This document shows, in pieces, positions 48,698-58,781 of a stretch of 64,000 bases of DNA (position 1 is the first letter of the stretch; each line of letters begins with the position of its first letter). Origin of the DNA: a virus. Both the position numbers and the translations under genes were made by a program. Where the stretch lies: the IMG/VR virus record IMGVR_UViG_3300027770_000032; one strand, 5' to 3'. A model generated the notes under the pieces. It did not search any database. It worked only from the letters and a program-made list of their open reading frames with translations, and was not told the DNA's origin.

Positions 48698-51310
48698 ATG
48701 GCGTTTCAAGTCAGCCCAGGAATCAATGTTTCCGAAATTGATCTTACAACTACTGTTCCAGCACTTGCGACTACGGTCGGCGGTTTTGGCGGAGTATTTC
48801 GTTGGGGACCAGTCGGAAAGTTCGTTCTTGTAGATTCAGAAAATACACTCGCAAATCGCTTCGGTAAACCGACCTCGGACAACTACGAAACGTTTTATAC
48901 AGCCGCAAATTTCCTTTCTTATGGAAATGCTTTGTATGTTTCGCGGGCCGCCAATACAACAGGTTTTTCTAATACAGCGACTGTTACGCTTAGTAGTAAT
49001 ACTACGCTTGCCACGGCGAACGGCGCGGCTCTTGGCCTTACAGTTGGTAATCGCGTGCAAGGCGATGGCATTCCCGATGATACCTTCGTTACAGCGGTTT
49101 CCAATACCACTACTACTATTTCGAGAGCCGCGACAGCAAATGCTTCAGCTCTAATTTCATTCTTTGCGAATGCTACTACTCTCTCTGCTTATGCTGGTGA
49201 TACAGCTGCAGTCGTTGCATCAAACGTAGTTGTTAGAAACTCAGAAGAATTTGAAAACAAAGGCGCAGCGAATACAACTTTCGCTGGAACAGAGTTTGTA
49301 GCTCGTTATCCGGGTGCACTCGGTAACTCTCTCAAAGTTTCAATGTGCGACAGTGATAGACAATACGCTGAAACCATCACGTTTGAAACTAATACTTCAT
49401 GGGGTTCAACCACTGCAAATGCATATGCTCTTGCTGATCTTACATCGGCAACAATAGCTATCGATGTTGGTAGCAATACTGCTAACGTAGTATTCGTATG
49501 GTCTAACGACGATTTCGCAGATCGTGTAGCCGCTTCTGCAACAGCACGCGCAGTTGGATCGAACGGTGTATCAGCTAACTTTATCTCTCTTGCTACCGCA
49601 AATACACTCTTTACGAACGGTGACGCAGTATGGTATGCAAAGGGAGCTTCTTCGACTGCGAATAGCATTCAAGGTTTATCAGAAGGTACATCGTACTACA
49701 TTACTGGAGCGAATACAAGTGGCTTTACTCTCTCGCTAACATCTGGCGGAGCAAACGTTGCCATCTCGAATGGCGCAGCCAACTCGGTTGTTTATTTTAC
49801 AAAACAAACAGCGACTGGTCTCGGTCTTACTCTTGCACAAGCACGTCTGGCTGTCACAGCGCTTAAAGATAAGATCACTGTCGGCGATTATATCGAAGTT
49901 GGTAATACTTCTATCGGTAAGCAGAACATGAAGGTTGTCTCAGAGGGCGCGCAAGCCGATGACGGTACAAACATTTACTTCAACATCGTTTTCGATTCAA
50001 CTTGGAACAAGTCGACTAACTTTAGTGCTACTTCACTGAAGCGTCAATGGGAATACTTCAACACTGTAGATTCTGCTCCAGGCGTATCTCAAGCGATGAC
50101 AAACGCCGGACTTTCTACGAAAGACGAAGTTTCAGTTGTTGTGGTTGACGAAGATGGTCTAATCAGCGGAACACCTGGTCAAGTGCTTGAAATCTACCAA
50201 AACCTTTCGCGTGCAACAGATGCTAAGAAAGAAGATGGTACAACTAACTACTACAAGACGGCGATCAACGACTTCTCACGTTGGATTTGGGCTACAAACG
50301 ATCGCTCTGGCGCTGCTTCGAATACTCTCTCAACCGTTGCTAACTCGACCAATACGACGACTTATACAAAGTCATTCGTTCGCGGAACAGACGGTGCGAC
50401 AGAAAGTACAGTATCAATGGCAGCCGTTGGTGCTGCATACGATCTCTTCGCAGATGCAAGTACAGTCGATGTTTCTTTGATTCTTCAAGGGAAAGCAATC
50501 GGAACGAACGACGTTCAGTTAGCTAACTATCTGATCGACAACATTGCAGAAGTTCGTAAGGATTGCGTAGTATTCGTTTCGCCAGCCTACTCTGATGTTG
50601 TAGGTATCACTACAGAAAATGCACAAGCGCAGAACATCGTAGATTTCAGAAATCTTCTGCGTAATACCTCATATGCATTCCTCGATTCTGGTTACAAATA
50701 TCAGTACGACAAGTATGCAGATATCTATCGCTACATTCCATTGAACGGCGATATTGCTGGTATTACTGCTCGCAGCGATAGCCTAAAAGATCCTTGGTTC
50801 TCTCCTGCTGGATTTACTCGCGGTCAAATTAAAAACCTCGTCAAGCTGGCGTTTAGCCCTGGAAAAACTGAAAGAGATCTTCTGTATAAGAATGATGTCA
50901 ATCCAATCGTGACATTCCCGGGTCAAGGCACAGTACTCTACGGAGATAAGACTCTCCTCGGTCGTGCAAGTGCATTCGATCGTATTAACGTACGTCGCTT
51001 GTTTATTGTTCTTGAAAAGGCGATTGCAACAGCTTCAAACTCTACGCTGTTTGAATTCAACGACGATTTCACAAGATCACAGTTTGTGAATCTGGTTGAG
51101 CCATATCTTCGCGACGTTCAAGGTCGTCGTGGAATCTTTGACTTCCGCGTGGTTTGTGACGAGACGAATAACACTGCTGAAGTAATTGACAGCAATCGCT
51201 TTGTTGGAGACATCTACATTAAGCCTGCTAAGTCGATCAACTTCATTCAGCTAAACTTCGTCGCCGTCAGATCTGGTGTCGAGTTCAACGAAATCGCTGG
51301 CCAGTTCTAA
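48698..51310 (+). CDS. gp18: Tail sheath protein gp18 (870 aa, with insertions)
   Basis: SPGINVSEIDLT, FRWGP, ARYPGALGN, PWFSPAG, FDRINVRRLF, IYIKPAKSINFIQLNF. Confidence 0.96.
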   Translation: MAFQVSPGINVSEIDLTTTVPALATTVGGFGGVFRWGPVGKFVLVDSENTLANRFGKPTSDNYETFYTAANFLSYGNALYVSRAANTTGFSNTATVTLSSNTTLATANGAALGLTVGNRVQGDGIPDDTFVTAVSNTTTTISRAATANASALISFFANATTLSAYAGDTAAVVASNVVVRNSEEFENKGAANTTFAGTEFVARYPGALGNSLKVSMCDSDRQYAETITFETNTSWGSTTANAYALADLTSATIAIDVGSNTANVVFVWSNDDFADRVAASATARAVGSNGVSANFISLATANTLFTNGDAVWYAKGASSTANSIQGLSEGTSYYITGANTSGFTLSLTSGGANVAISNGAANSVVYFTKQTATGLGLTLAQARLAVTALKDKITVGDYIEVGNTSIGKQNMKVVSEGAQADDGTNIYFNIVFDSTWNKSTNFSATSLKRQWEYFNTVDSAPGVSQAMTNAGLSTKDEVSVVVVDEDGLISGTPGQVLEIYQNLSRATDAKKEDGTTNYYKTAINDFSRWIWATNDRSGAASNTLSTVANSTNTTTYTKSFVRGTDGATESTVSMAAVGAAYDLFADASTVDVSLILQGKAIGTNDVQLANYLIDNIAEVRKDCVVFVSPAYSDVVGITTENAQAQNIVDFRNLLRNTSYAFLDSGYKYQYDKYADIYRYIPLNGDIAGITARSDSLKDPWFSPAGFTRGQIKNLVKLAFSPGKTERDLLYKNDVNPIVTFPGQGTVLYGDKTLLGRASAFDRINVRRLFIVLEKAIATASNSTLFEFNDDFTRSQFVNLVEPYLRDVQGRRGIFDFRVVCDETNNTAEVIDSNRFVGDIYIKPAKSINFIQLNFVAVRSGVEFNEIAGQF

Positions 51311-51340
51311 TAAATAAAAATAAACGTAGGAGGAAAGTAA

Positions 51341-51883
51341 ATGGCTTTTAATATCAATGAAATGAGAAGCCAGCTACAATTTGGCGGTGCAAGACAAAAT
51401 CTGTTCCAAGTGGATATTTCAAATCCCGCGAACAGTGATGGAGATCGAAAAACAAGATTCATGTGTCAGGCAGCTCAGCTGCCTGGCTCTGATCTTGGAG
51501 TCATTCCAGTGTTTTACTTTGGTCGTCAAATGAAGTTAGCTGGTGATAGAACATTCGCCGAATGGACAGTCACAATCATGAACGATGAAGACTTCTTGAT
51601 TCGGAATGCCATGGAAGAATGGTCGAATCAGATCAATCGTCTACAGCGCAACGTCAGAGAAATTGGCCCTGGATATAAGTCTCAGGCCACAGTCACTCAG
51701 TTTGGTAAAGATGGTACGAAGATCCGTACTTATGATTTTAACGGAATCTTCCCAAGTAATATCAGCCCTATCGAGCTCGATTGGTCGACGACTGATCAGA
51801 TCGAACTGTTCCAGGTGACATTCCAATATGACTACTGGTCAGTTGGTAAGGTCGGACAGACAGGCGATGCCGGCGGTGATTAA
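51341..51883 (+). CDS. gp19: Tail tube protein gp19
   Basis: GGARQNLFQV, AGDRTFAEWTVTIMNDEDF, FPSNISPIELDW, VTFQYDYW. Confidence 0.95.
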   Translation: MAFNINEMRSQLQFGGARQNLFQVDISNPANSDGDRKTRFMCQAAQLPGSDLGVIPVFYFGRQMKLAGDRTFAEWTVTIMNDEDFLIRNAMEEWSNQINRLQRNVREIGPGYKSQATVTQFGKDGTKIRTYDFNGIFPSNISPIELDWSTTDQIELFQVTFQYDYWSVGKVGQTGDAGGD

Positions 51884-51884
51884 T

Positions 51885-51917
51885 AAGTAAAGGGTAGTTA
51901 TTACCCTTACTTTTTTT
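51885..51917 (+). terminator. Rho-independent terminator after gp19
   Basis: AAGTA(A)AGGGTA-GTTAT-TACCCTTACTT stem-loop followed by a T run. Confidence 0.75.
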
Positions 51918-51938
51918 GTTATTTAAATTGGAGAATCC

Positions 51939-53576
51939 ATGGCCGAGTTATTTGGTTTTGAAATTAAAAGAAAGCAAGAAGAAAAAGCGCTTCTATCATT
52001 TGCCCCAAAACAGGACGATGATGGAGCGCTTGTTCTTGCTGAAGGTGGAGCTTACGGCCAGTACGTTGATATGGAAGGTTCTATTCGAACCGAATCAGAG
52101 CTTGTCTCGACGTATAGAGAGATGGCTCAACATCCTGACATCGAATTGGCAGTCGATGATATTATCAACGAAGCGGTTGTCATTGATCCAAAAAAAGAAG
52201 TCGTATCTTTAAATCTTGACGATTTAAAACAGCCAGACAAAGTCAAGAAACTTATTCTCGACGAATTCGAAACTGTACTCGAACTTCTTGAATTTAATAG
52301 CCACGCATACGAGATCTTTCGGAAATGGTATGTCGACGGCAGAATATTCTATCACTTGATGATCGACGAGAAGAAGCCGAGAGAAGGTATTCAGGAACTA
52401 CGCTATGTAGATCCTCGCAAGCTTCGGAAAGTCAAGACTCAGAAGAAAAGAAAAGTTGCAAAAGATTCAAACGTCATTGTTCCGATGGTAGGCGAAGAGT
52501 TCTACATCTACAATGAAAACGGTTTTGGTAAAACTCCAAGTCAACCGAATTATCAAGATCCTACTACACAAGGCATTAAGATCGCAGTCGACTCGATTGT
52601 CAACGTATCTTCTGGCCTTGTCAATGTCAAAGGTGACATGGTTCTTGGTTATCTGCAGAAGGCAATTAAGCCACTCAATCAGTTAAAGGCGATGGAAGAC
52701 TCATTAGTCATCTATCGTATCTCACGTGCACCTGAACGTCGTATCTTCTACATCGATGTCGGTAACCTACCGAAAATGAAAGCTGAGCAATATCTTCGTG
52801 ATGTGATGACTCGCTTTAAAAATAAAGTCGTGTACGATGCCGGAACCGGAGAAATCCGCGATGATCGGAAACACATGACCATGCTCGAAGATTTCTGGCT
52901 ACCTCGTCGTGAAGGCGGTAAGGGTACAGAAATCACTACTCTTCCGGGAGGTCAGAACCTTGGACAGATCGACGACATCGTTTACTTTCAACGTAAGCTT
53001 TACAAAGCTTTGAACGTTCCGATCTCTCGCCTCGATCCTGAACAAGCATTTAACTTTGGCCGAGCCACTGAAGTGACTCGCGACGAAGTGAAGTTTGCTA
53101 AATTTATTACACGTCTTCGCACTCGATTCTCAGAAATTTTTAGTAAGATTCTTGAGAAACAATTGATTCTGAAAGGTATCATTACATCAGAAGATTGGGC
53201 CGAATTTAAAGCTAACTTTAAATACGAATATTCTGAAGATAATCACTTCGCCGAACTCAAGAATACAGAGATTCTTCGCGATCGTATTTCGATGTTACGT
53301 GATGTCGATGACTATGCAGGAAAATACTATTCGCACGAATGGATTCGTCGGAACGTTCTTTATCAGACAGAAGAAGATATGGAAGAGATCGACAAGCAGA
53401 TTATTGAAGAAATGGATAATCCGCAGTATGCTCCACCAGAAATGGGGCCAGGTGGAGAACAGTTACCTCCTGAAGATGCAGGCACTCCGCCTTCTCCAGA
53501 TGATGCGACTCCTTCACCAGCAGGTAAACCGAAGGCTACTTCTATTCCAAACGTACCAGATTTGGTAGGAAAATAA
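51939..53576 (+). CDS. gp20: Portal protein gp20
   Basis: FRKWYVDGRI, MEDSLVIYRISRAPERRIFYIDVGNLPK, EDFWLPRREGGKGTEITTLPGGQNLG. Confidence 0.97.
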   Translation: MAELFGFEIKRKQEEKALLSFAPKQDDDGALVLAEGGAYGQYVDMEGSIRTESELVSTYREMAQHPDIELAVDDIINEAVVIDPKKEVVSLNLDDLKQPDKVKKLILDEFETVLELLEFNSHAYEIFRKWYVDGRIFYHLMIDEKKPREGIQELRYVDPRKLRKVKTQKKRKVAKDSNVIVPMVGEEFYIYNENGFGKTPSQPNYQDPTTQGIKIAVDSIVNVSSGLVNVKGDMVLGYLQKAIKPLNQLKAMEDSLVIYRISRAPERRIFYIDVGNLPKMKAEQYLRDVMTRFKNKVVYDAGTGEIRDDRKHMTMLEDFWLPRREGGKGTEITTLPGGQNLGQIDDIVYFQRKLYKALNVPISRLDPEQAFNFGRATEVTRDEVKFAKFITRLRTRFSEIFSKILEKQLILKGIITSEDWAEFKANFKYEYSEDNHFAELKNTEILRDRISMLRDVDDYAGKYYSHEWIRRNVLYQTEEDMEEIDKQIIEEMDNPQYAPPEMGPGGEQLPPEDAGTPPSPDDATPSPAGKPKATSIPNVPDLVGK

Positions 53577-53582
53577 ACCGAG

Positions 53583-53590
53583 TATAAATA
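53583..53590 (+). promoter_or_regulatory. T4-type late promoter
   Basis: Exact TATAAATA between gp20 and the prohead core genes. Confidence 0.85.
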
Positions 53591-53614
53591 GTAAAAGAAT
53601 TTTGGAGAATTTAT

Positions 53615-53941
53615 ATGGATATTGACGAACTGATTGGAGCAACCGTAGATCAACAACCGACACGGTTTGCAAACGCATTCGACGCAATTATGAGACAGAA
53701 GATTGACGCAAGACTCGAAGATGAAAGCGTTGCATATGCTCAGCAAATGTTCGCCGAACCAGAAGACATCGATGACGAAGACGAAGCCGCTGATGATGCC
53801 TTCGACGAAGAAGATTTTGAAATTGACGACGAAGAGTTCGAAGACGAAGATTTTAATATCGATGATCTTGATCTCGAAGAATTAGAAGATCTCGAAGACT
53901 TAGACACAGAGGAAGATGACGACGATGGCGAAGACGCTTAA
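53615..53941 (+). CDS. Acidic prohead core protein, gp67-like
   Basis: Position after gp20; short helical N-terminus followed by a very D/E-rich tail. Confidence 0.7.
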   Translation: MDIDELIGATVDQQPTRFANAFDAIMRQKIDARLEDESVAYAQQMFAEPEDIDDEDEAADDAFDEEDFEIDDEEFEDEDFNIDDLDLEELEDLEDLDTEEDDDDGEDA

Positions 53942-55142
53942 AGATTTCTTAAATGAAAGACAGCTTGGGCCGATGGTCGTCAAGAATCCTGACGAGCAGA
54001 AGTTCATTGACAAACACGTAGTTGCGAAGACTGCTGATCGCAACGGCAATGACGACGAAGTTTTCAAGGGCTCGAAGGTCAAGATGGCCGATCGCAAGAA
54101 AGAACGTCACGGTTATAATCCTGGCGAAGACGAAGACGTGTATGAAGAACTGAAGGGTGCTCAGCATAAGATCGATGCTAATAAGAATGGCAAGGTCGAT
54201 GCGCATGACTTCCAACTTCTTCGTAAGAAGAAGAAAGTTGCTGAAGAAGCCGAACAGATCGATGAACTATCACACGGCACACTTCGTAGATACCGAATGA
54301 AGGCAAAGTCTATTGCTGACCAGGGCGGTGAACAACGTGCTAAAGGTCGCGAACTAGCCGGCCGTAAGTCATATGGTGATATGATAGGTGGTATTAAAAA
54401 GCCTAAAGTTATGGCCAAAGAAGAAGCCGAGCAGATCGATGAGCTTTCGAAAGAAACTGTTCGCACCTATTACAACAAGGCTGGCGAGCAAGGCAAGAAG
54501 ATTGCTGATAAGATGAAGATGGGTGGCGGTGATTGGTCAAACGACGGATCAGATACCAAGACTCTGAAGAAGCGTGCAGCTGGTCGTACGATGGCTTTGA
54601 AGCGTCGCAGCGGTGAAATCAAGATGTCTGAAGAAGCTGAACAGATCGACGAGATCTCGGCCGGAAAGAAAGATGCATACGCCCAAAAAGCTGGAAAGCA
54701 ACTTCCAGGTTTGTTTGCAAAAAGCAACAGCGCTGATGGAGCTCGTAAGTACTATAATCGTAAGAACGCTGTTCGTAAAATTGCGAATGAAGAAACTGAG
54801 CAAGTTGACGAGAAGTTAGACATGAAGAAAGCGTCGATGGGAACCGTAATCAAGGATTTCCAAAAGTCTGATGCTCCTCAGTTTATGGGTAAGTCACAGA
54901 AAAAGCGCCAAGTTATGGCAATTGCAGCGAAGCTCTCAGCAGAACGCGGCGGCAAACCACTTAATAAAGAAGAGCGTCTTCTAACTAAGCTGGCTGATAT
55001 TTCAGAAACACATCAGAGAACGATGGTATCGGTCTTTGAAAAACTCAACGAAGATAACCAATATGCATTCATGCAAGCCTGCGACACCGCAGACGGCATC
55101 GAACAGATGTTGGATTTCTCAATCAGTTATAGAGGTGAATAA
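53925..55142 (+). CDS. Prohead core/internal head protein with repeated protease-site motifs
   Basis: MAKTLKDFLNE N-terminus; four EExEQ(I/V)DE repeats separating basic segments; KDFQKSDAPQFMGKS module; lies between the gp67-like gene and gp21. Alternative start at 53916. Confidence 0.65.
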   Translation: MAKTLKDFLNERQLGPMVVKNPDEQKFIDKHVVAKTADRNGNDDEVFKGSKVKMADRKKERHGYNPGEDEDVYEELKGAQHKIDANKNGKVDAHDFQLLRKKKKVAEEAEQIDELSHGTLRRYRMKAKSIADQGGEQRAKGRELAGRKSYGDMIGGIKKPKVMAKEEAEQIDELSKETVRTYYNKAGEQGKKIADKMKMGGGDWSNDGSDTKTLKKRAAGRTMALKRRSGEIKMSEEAEQIDEISAGKKDAYAQKAGKQLPGLFAKSNSADGARKYYNRKNAVRKIANEETEQVDEKLDMKKASMGTVIKDFQKSDAPQFMGKSQKKRQVMAIAAKLSAERGGKPLNKEERLLTKLADISETHQRTMVSVFEKLNEDNQYAFMQACDTADGIEQMLDFSISYRGE

Positions 55143-55543
55143 TGGCTGTTACTATTACATCAAATAAGAAAAATACCTCTGCTGTTATTCACATATCTGC
55201 TGCGAATAGCGGCAATATTGTGGTTGTTGGCAATAGCACTACTACGAATGTTGGTGCCACTGCCACCTGTCTTGCTACGAGTGATGAGGTTCTTTCTGGA
55301 GCTTACATTACACAAATTGCATGGGGTTGCGACGGTAATGGTCATATTCAAGTGTTAAGAGGTACGACTCTTGTTGGAGTGTATGACTCGACTAGCTATA
55401 TTGATTATGCCGGTAACGGTATGCCGCTCAATGTAAATCCTACTGCAAATTTAGTAGTCAATTTTGTCGGTTCAGCAAACGCATATTGTTTGCTGGAAGT
55501 ACAGAAGCAAGGCACATTCATTTCACCATATAACAACTCATAA
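55142..55543 (+). CDS. Hypothetical beta-rich protein (possible head decoration protein)
   Basis: TAATG-coupled ORF with GAGG RBS; ANS/NST-rich like the other virion proteins. Confidence 0.55.
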   Translation: MAVTITSNKKNTSAVIHISAANSGNIVVVGNSTTTNVGATATCLATSDEVLSGAYITQIAWGCDGNGHIQVLRGTTLVGVYDSTSYIDYAGNGMPLNVNPTANLVVNFVGSANAYCLLEVQKQGTFISPYNNS

Positions 55544-55554
55544 GGTAAGAAGAC

Positions 55555-56232
55555 ATGAAGCTAATCACCGAAGTTGTTGAAGATCTGAAATGCATTACTG
55601 AATCTCGTGAAGACGGGAAGAAGAACGTATACATTGAAGGTATCTTCTTGCAAGGAGGCATTAAGAACCGCAACGGTCGTATGTATCCTGTCGAGACTCT
55701 TGAAAAAGAAGTCAATCGTTACGACGAGTCTTACATTCAAAAAGGTCGTGCTCTCGGCGAGTTAGGTCATCCTGATGGTCCATCGATTAACCTCGATCGT
55801 GTATCTCATATGATCACTTCTTTGAAGAGAGAAGGCACCAATTTCGTGGGTCGGGCAAAGCTGATGGATACTCCGATGGGTAACATCGCCAAGGGGCTGA
55901 TCGGCGAAGGTGTCAAGCTCGGTGTTTCATCCAGAGGTATGGGTTCATTAAAGCTAAATAAAGAAGGCATTAATGAAGTTCAAGACGATTTCTATCTCGC
56001 CACAGCCGCTGATATTGTTGCAGATCCATCTGCTCCTGATGCGTTTGTCAACGGAATTATGGAAGGTGTTGAGTGGGTTTGGCAAGACGAACTTCTCGTT
56101 GCAAAGAAACAAGCGGCGCAGGTAATAGAACAAACCGTACAAAATATTGAAAGCGCATCTTCGAAAAGACAGCTTCAAGCTAAAAAGTTTGAAATTTTTG
56201 AGAACTTCCTCAATAAAATTTCTAAAATCTAA
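55555..56232 (+). CDS. gp21: Prohead protease gp21
   Basis: YIEGIFLQ...NRNGRMYP, ALGELGHP, LGVSSRGMGSL, ADIVADPSAPDAFV. Confidence 0.96.
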   Translation: MKLITEVVEDLKCITESREDGKKNVYIEGIFLQGGIKNRNGRMYPVETLEKEVNRYDESYIQKGRALGELGHPDGPSINLDRVSHMITSLKREGTNFVGRAKLMDTPMGNIAKGLIGEGVKLGVSSRGMGSLKLNKEGINEVQDDFYLATAADIVADPSAPDAFVNGIMEGVEWVWQDELLVAKKQAAQVIEQTVQNIESASSKRQLQAKKFEIFENFLNKISKI

Positions 56233-56268
56233 TTAGAATAAATAAATAAATATTACAAGGAGTCAAAA

Positions 56269-57255
56269 ATGTCAAATAAAGATACGAGTGAAATCGTTCA
56301 AGACGGTATCGATGAATCTGCTGGTTCGGAAACATTGAAGCCGAATCCAACACGCGCAGAGATGCTAGCTACTTTTAGCTCGCTCCTTGCTCAGCTGAAG
56401 GGCGAAGATCTTTCGCACTTCTTTAACGATTCGATCAAGCAATATAGTGCTGATGGTGTTCCTTCAGCTACCGCTCCTGGTGGAGCTCCTGGTATGGGGC
56501 AAATGCCGATGCCTACGCTCAATGCGGTCAAAGAAGACATCGACGAAGTATTCGCCGGCGAAGATCTTACCGAAGAAGCAAAAGAAAAGTTTTCTACGAT
56601 TTTTGAAGCAGCTGTTTCAGCTCGCGTTTCGATCGAAGAAGCTCGTCTTGAAGAAGAGTTTGAAACTCGTCTTGGCGAAGAAGTAGAAGAAATCAAAGAA
56701 GAGATCACTACAAAGATCGATCAGTATCTCGATTACGTAGTAGAATCGTGGATGGAAGACAACAAGCTTGCTGTCGAATCCACATTACGCGCCGATATTG
56801 CAGAGAACTTCATGGAAGGTCTTTACAATCTATTTGCAGAATCATACATCACAGTACCTGAAGAGAAGCTTGATGTAGTTGGTGAATTGAAGGCACAGAT
56901 CGAAGAACTTGAAACAAAGTTCGACGAGTCTGTAAATAAGCAACTCGAACTACAGTCAGTCATCGATGAAGCGACAATGGAAGCGACATTCGACGAAGTG
57001 ACTGAAGGTCTTGCTGCTACGCAGGTAGAAAAGCTTCGCACTCTTGCAGAAGGTATCGAGTTCACAGATTCTGAGTCTTATGTAAAGAAACTCAACATTC
57101 TAAAAGGCAAGTACTTCTCTGAGAAGAAAGAAGTCAATACTGGCGTTATTACAGAAGAAGCGACAGAAGGTCTTACTGAAGATAAGCCTGTAGCGGTTGG
57201 TGAAATGGCAAACTATGTCAGCGCGATTTCAAGAACTAAAACCAAAAACTTTTAA
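56269..57255 (+). CDS. gp22: Prohead scaffolding protein gp22
   Basis: TIFEAAV, IDQYLDYVVESWMEDNKLAVE; acidic coiled coil directly before gp23. Confidence 0.92.
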   Translation: MSNKDTSEIVQDGIDESAGSETLKPNPTRAEMLATFSSLLAQLKGEDLSHFFNDSIKQYSADGVPSATAPGGAPGMGQMPMPTLNAVKEDIDEVFAGEDLTEEAKEKFSTIFEAAVSARVSIEEARLEEEFETRLGEEVEEIKEEITTKIDQYLDYVVESWMEDNKLAVESTLRADIAENFMEGLYNLFAESYITVPEEKLDVVGELKAQIEELETKFDESVNKQLELQSVIDEATMEATFDEVTEGLAATQVEKLRTLAEGIEFTDSESYVKKLNILKGKYFSEKKEVNTGVITEEATEGLTEDKPVAVGEMANYVSAISRTKTKNF

Positions 57256-57298
57256 TTGATAAATAATAAACAAATCCTAAGGATAAAGGGAGAATAAA

Positions 57299-58657
57299 AT
57301 GTTAGCTGAGGAACTAAATAACAAGTGGAAGCCAGTGCTCGAGCACACGGATCTTCCAGAAATTACAGATGCTCATAAGCGCCTTGTCACAGCGACAGTG
57401 CTTGAGAACACAGAGCGCGCGCTTCGCGAAGCTGGTGGTGGACAGCAAATGCTTGGTGAAGGCGATGGTCACATCAACTCTGCAGGCAGCGGCGCTGTTG
57501 CAAACTTCGATCCAGTATTGATTTCACTCGTACGTCGTTCGATGCCAAATCTGATTGCTTATGACGTTTGCGGCGTTCAGCCAATGAACGGTCCAACCGG
57601 CCTTATCTTCGCAATGCGTTCGCAGTATGCTAACTCGACAGATGCGAACACGGCAGAAGCATTCTACAACGAAGCAAACACAGGTCACGCTTCGCGTCTC
57701 GGCGCTGGTTTGACAGCTGCTAACACCGGTGCTGCTACAGCAACTACTGTTGGTGCTAACACTGTTGGTACATCACCTGATTCGTCAAACAACGCTGGCA
57801 ACTCGTTCTACAACTACACAATGGGTCTTCTCGTTGGTTCGGCTGAATTGCTCGGCGCGAACAGCACATACATCTTCCCGGAAATGGGCTTCTCGATCGA
57901 GAAGGTGACTGTATCTGCAAAGACACGTGCTCTGAAGGCTGAATACACGCTTGAACTCGCACAAGATCTGAAAGCGATTCATGGTCTTGACGCAGAATCA
58001 GAACTTTCGAACATTCTTTCGGGCGAAATCCTTGCAGAAATCAACCGTGAAGTTGTTCGCTCTATCATCATCACTGCTGAAAAAGGTGCAACCGATGGTA
58101 CCACAACTGCTGGTATCTTCGATCTCGACACCGATTCAAACGGTCGTTGGTCAGTTGAAAAGTTCAAAGGCCTTCTGTTCCAGATCGAACGTGAATGCAA
58201 CCAGATCGCGAAGCAAACACGTCGCGGTAAAGGTAACGTAATCATCTGCTCTTCGGACGTTGCTTCGGCACTTCAGATGGCAGGCGTTCTTGATTACGCT
58301 CCTGCGATGAATACCTCTTCGTTGAATATCGACGATACAGGCAACACATTTGCTGGTGTTATCAATGGTCGCATTAAGGTCTATATTGATCCATATGCTG
58401 GTACAAACTTCTTGGTCGTAGGCTATAAGGGTTCGAATCCATTCGACGCTGGCCTCTTCTATTGCCCATACGTTCCACTTCAGATGGTTCGTGCGGTTGA
58501 TCCAGGTTCGTTCCAGCCGAAGATTGGCTTCAAGACACGCTACGGCATGGCACCGAATCCATTCGCGAAGGGTACAACTGCTGCTTCTGCAACAGCTGTT
58601 CTTGAGCAGGATTCGAACAAGTACTATCGTCGCGTTCTTGTTAACAACTTGATGTAA
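57299..58657 (+). CDS. gp23: Major capsid protein gp23
   Basis: DPVLISLVRRSMPNLIAYDVCGVQPMNGPTGLIFAMR, RALKAEYTLELAQDLKAIHGLDAE, FYCPYVPL, FQPKIGFKTRYG. Confidence 0.98.
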   Translation: MLAEELNNKWKPVLEHTDLPEITDAHKRLVTATVLENTERALREAGGGQQMLGEGDGHINSAGSGAVANFDPVLISLVRRSMPNLIAYDVCGVQPMNGPTGLIFAMRSQYANSTDANTAEAFYNEANTGHASRLGAGLTAANTGAATATTVGANTVGTSPDSSNNAGNSFYNYTMGLLVGSAELLGANSTYIFPEMGFSIEKVTVSAKTRALKAEYTLELAQDLKAIHGLDAESELSNILSGEILAEINREVVRSIIITAEKGATDGTTTAGIFDLDTDSNGRWSVEKFKGLLFQIERECNQIAKQTRRGKGNVIICSSDVASALQMAGVLDYAPAMNTSSLNIDDTGNTFAGVINGRIKVYIDPYAGTNFLVVGYKGSNPFDAGLFYCPYVPLQMVRAVDPGSFQPKIGFKTRYGMAPNPFAKGTTAASATAVLEQDSNKYYRRVLVNNLM

Positions 58658-58695
58658 GTATAAGAGTTGGTATAAAACCAACCACTAAAACTAAG

Positions 58696-58725
58696 GAGGG
58701 GGATCGAAAGGTCCTCCTCTTTTTT
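58696..58725 (+). terminator. Rho-independent terminator after gp23
   Basis: GAGGGGGATC-GAAA-GGTCCTCCTC stem with GNRA loop, then TTTTTT. Confidence 0.85.
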
Positions 58726-58738
58726 GGCATGTACAATA

Positions 58739-58746
58739 TATAAATA
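58739..58746 (+). promoter_or_regulatory. T4-type late promoter
   Basis: Exact TATAAATA just after the gp23 terminator. Confidence 0.8.
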
Positions 58747-58781
58747 GTGTGTATAATGGGTATTACAGCCGAAGGAAAGAT

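Noticed and set aside
46911-58657. Inteins, introns or homing endonucleases in gp17, gp20 or gp23
   Set aside because: Reading frames are continuous and of ordinary length, with no splicing or LAGLIDADG/HNH/GIY-YIG motifs seen.
58151-58681. 176-aa antisense ORF over gp23 and other short minus-strand ORFs in the core genes
   Set aside because: Expected from codon bias opposite strongly conserved genes; no recognisable motifs or promoter.
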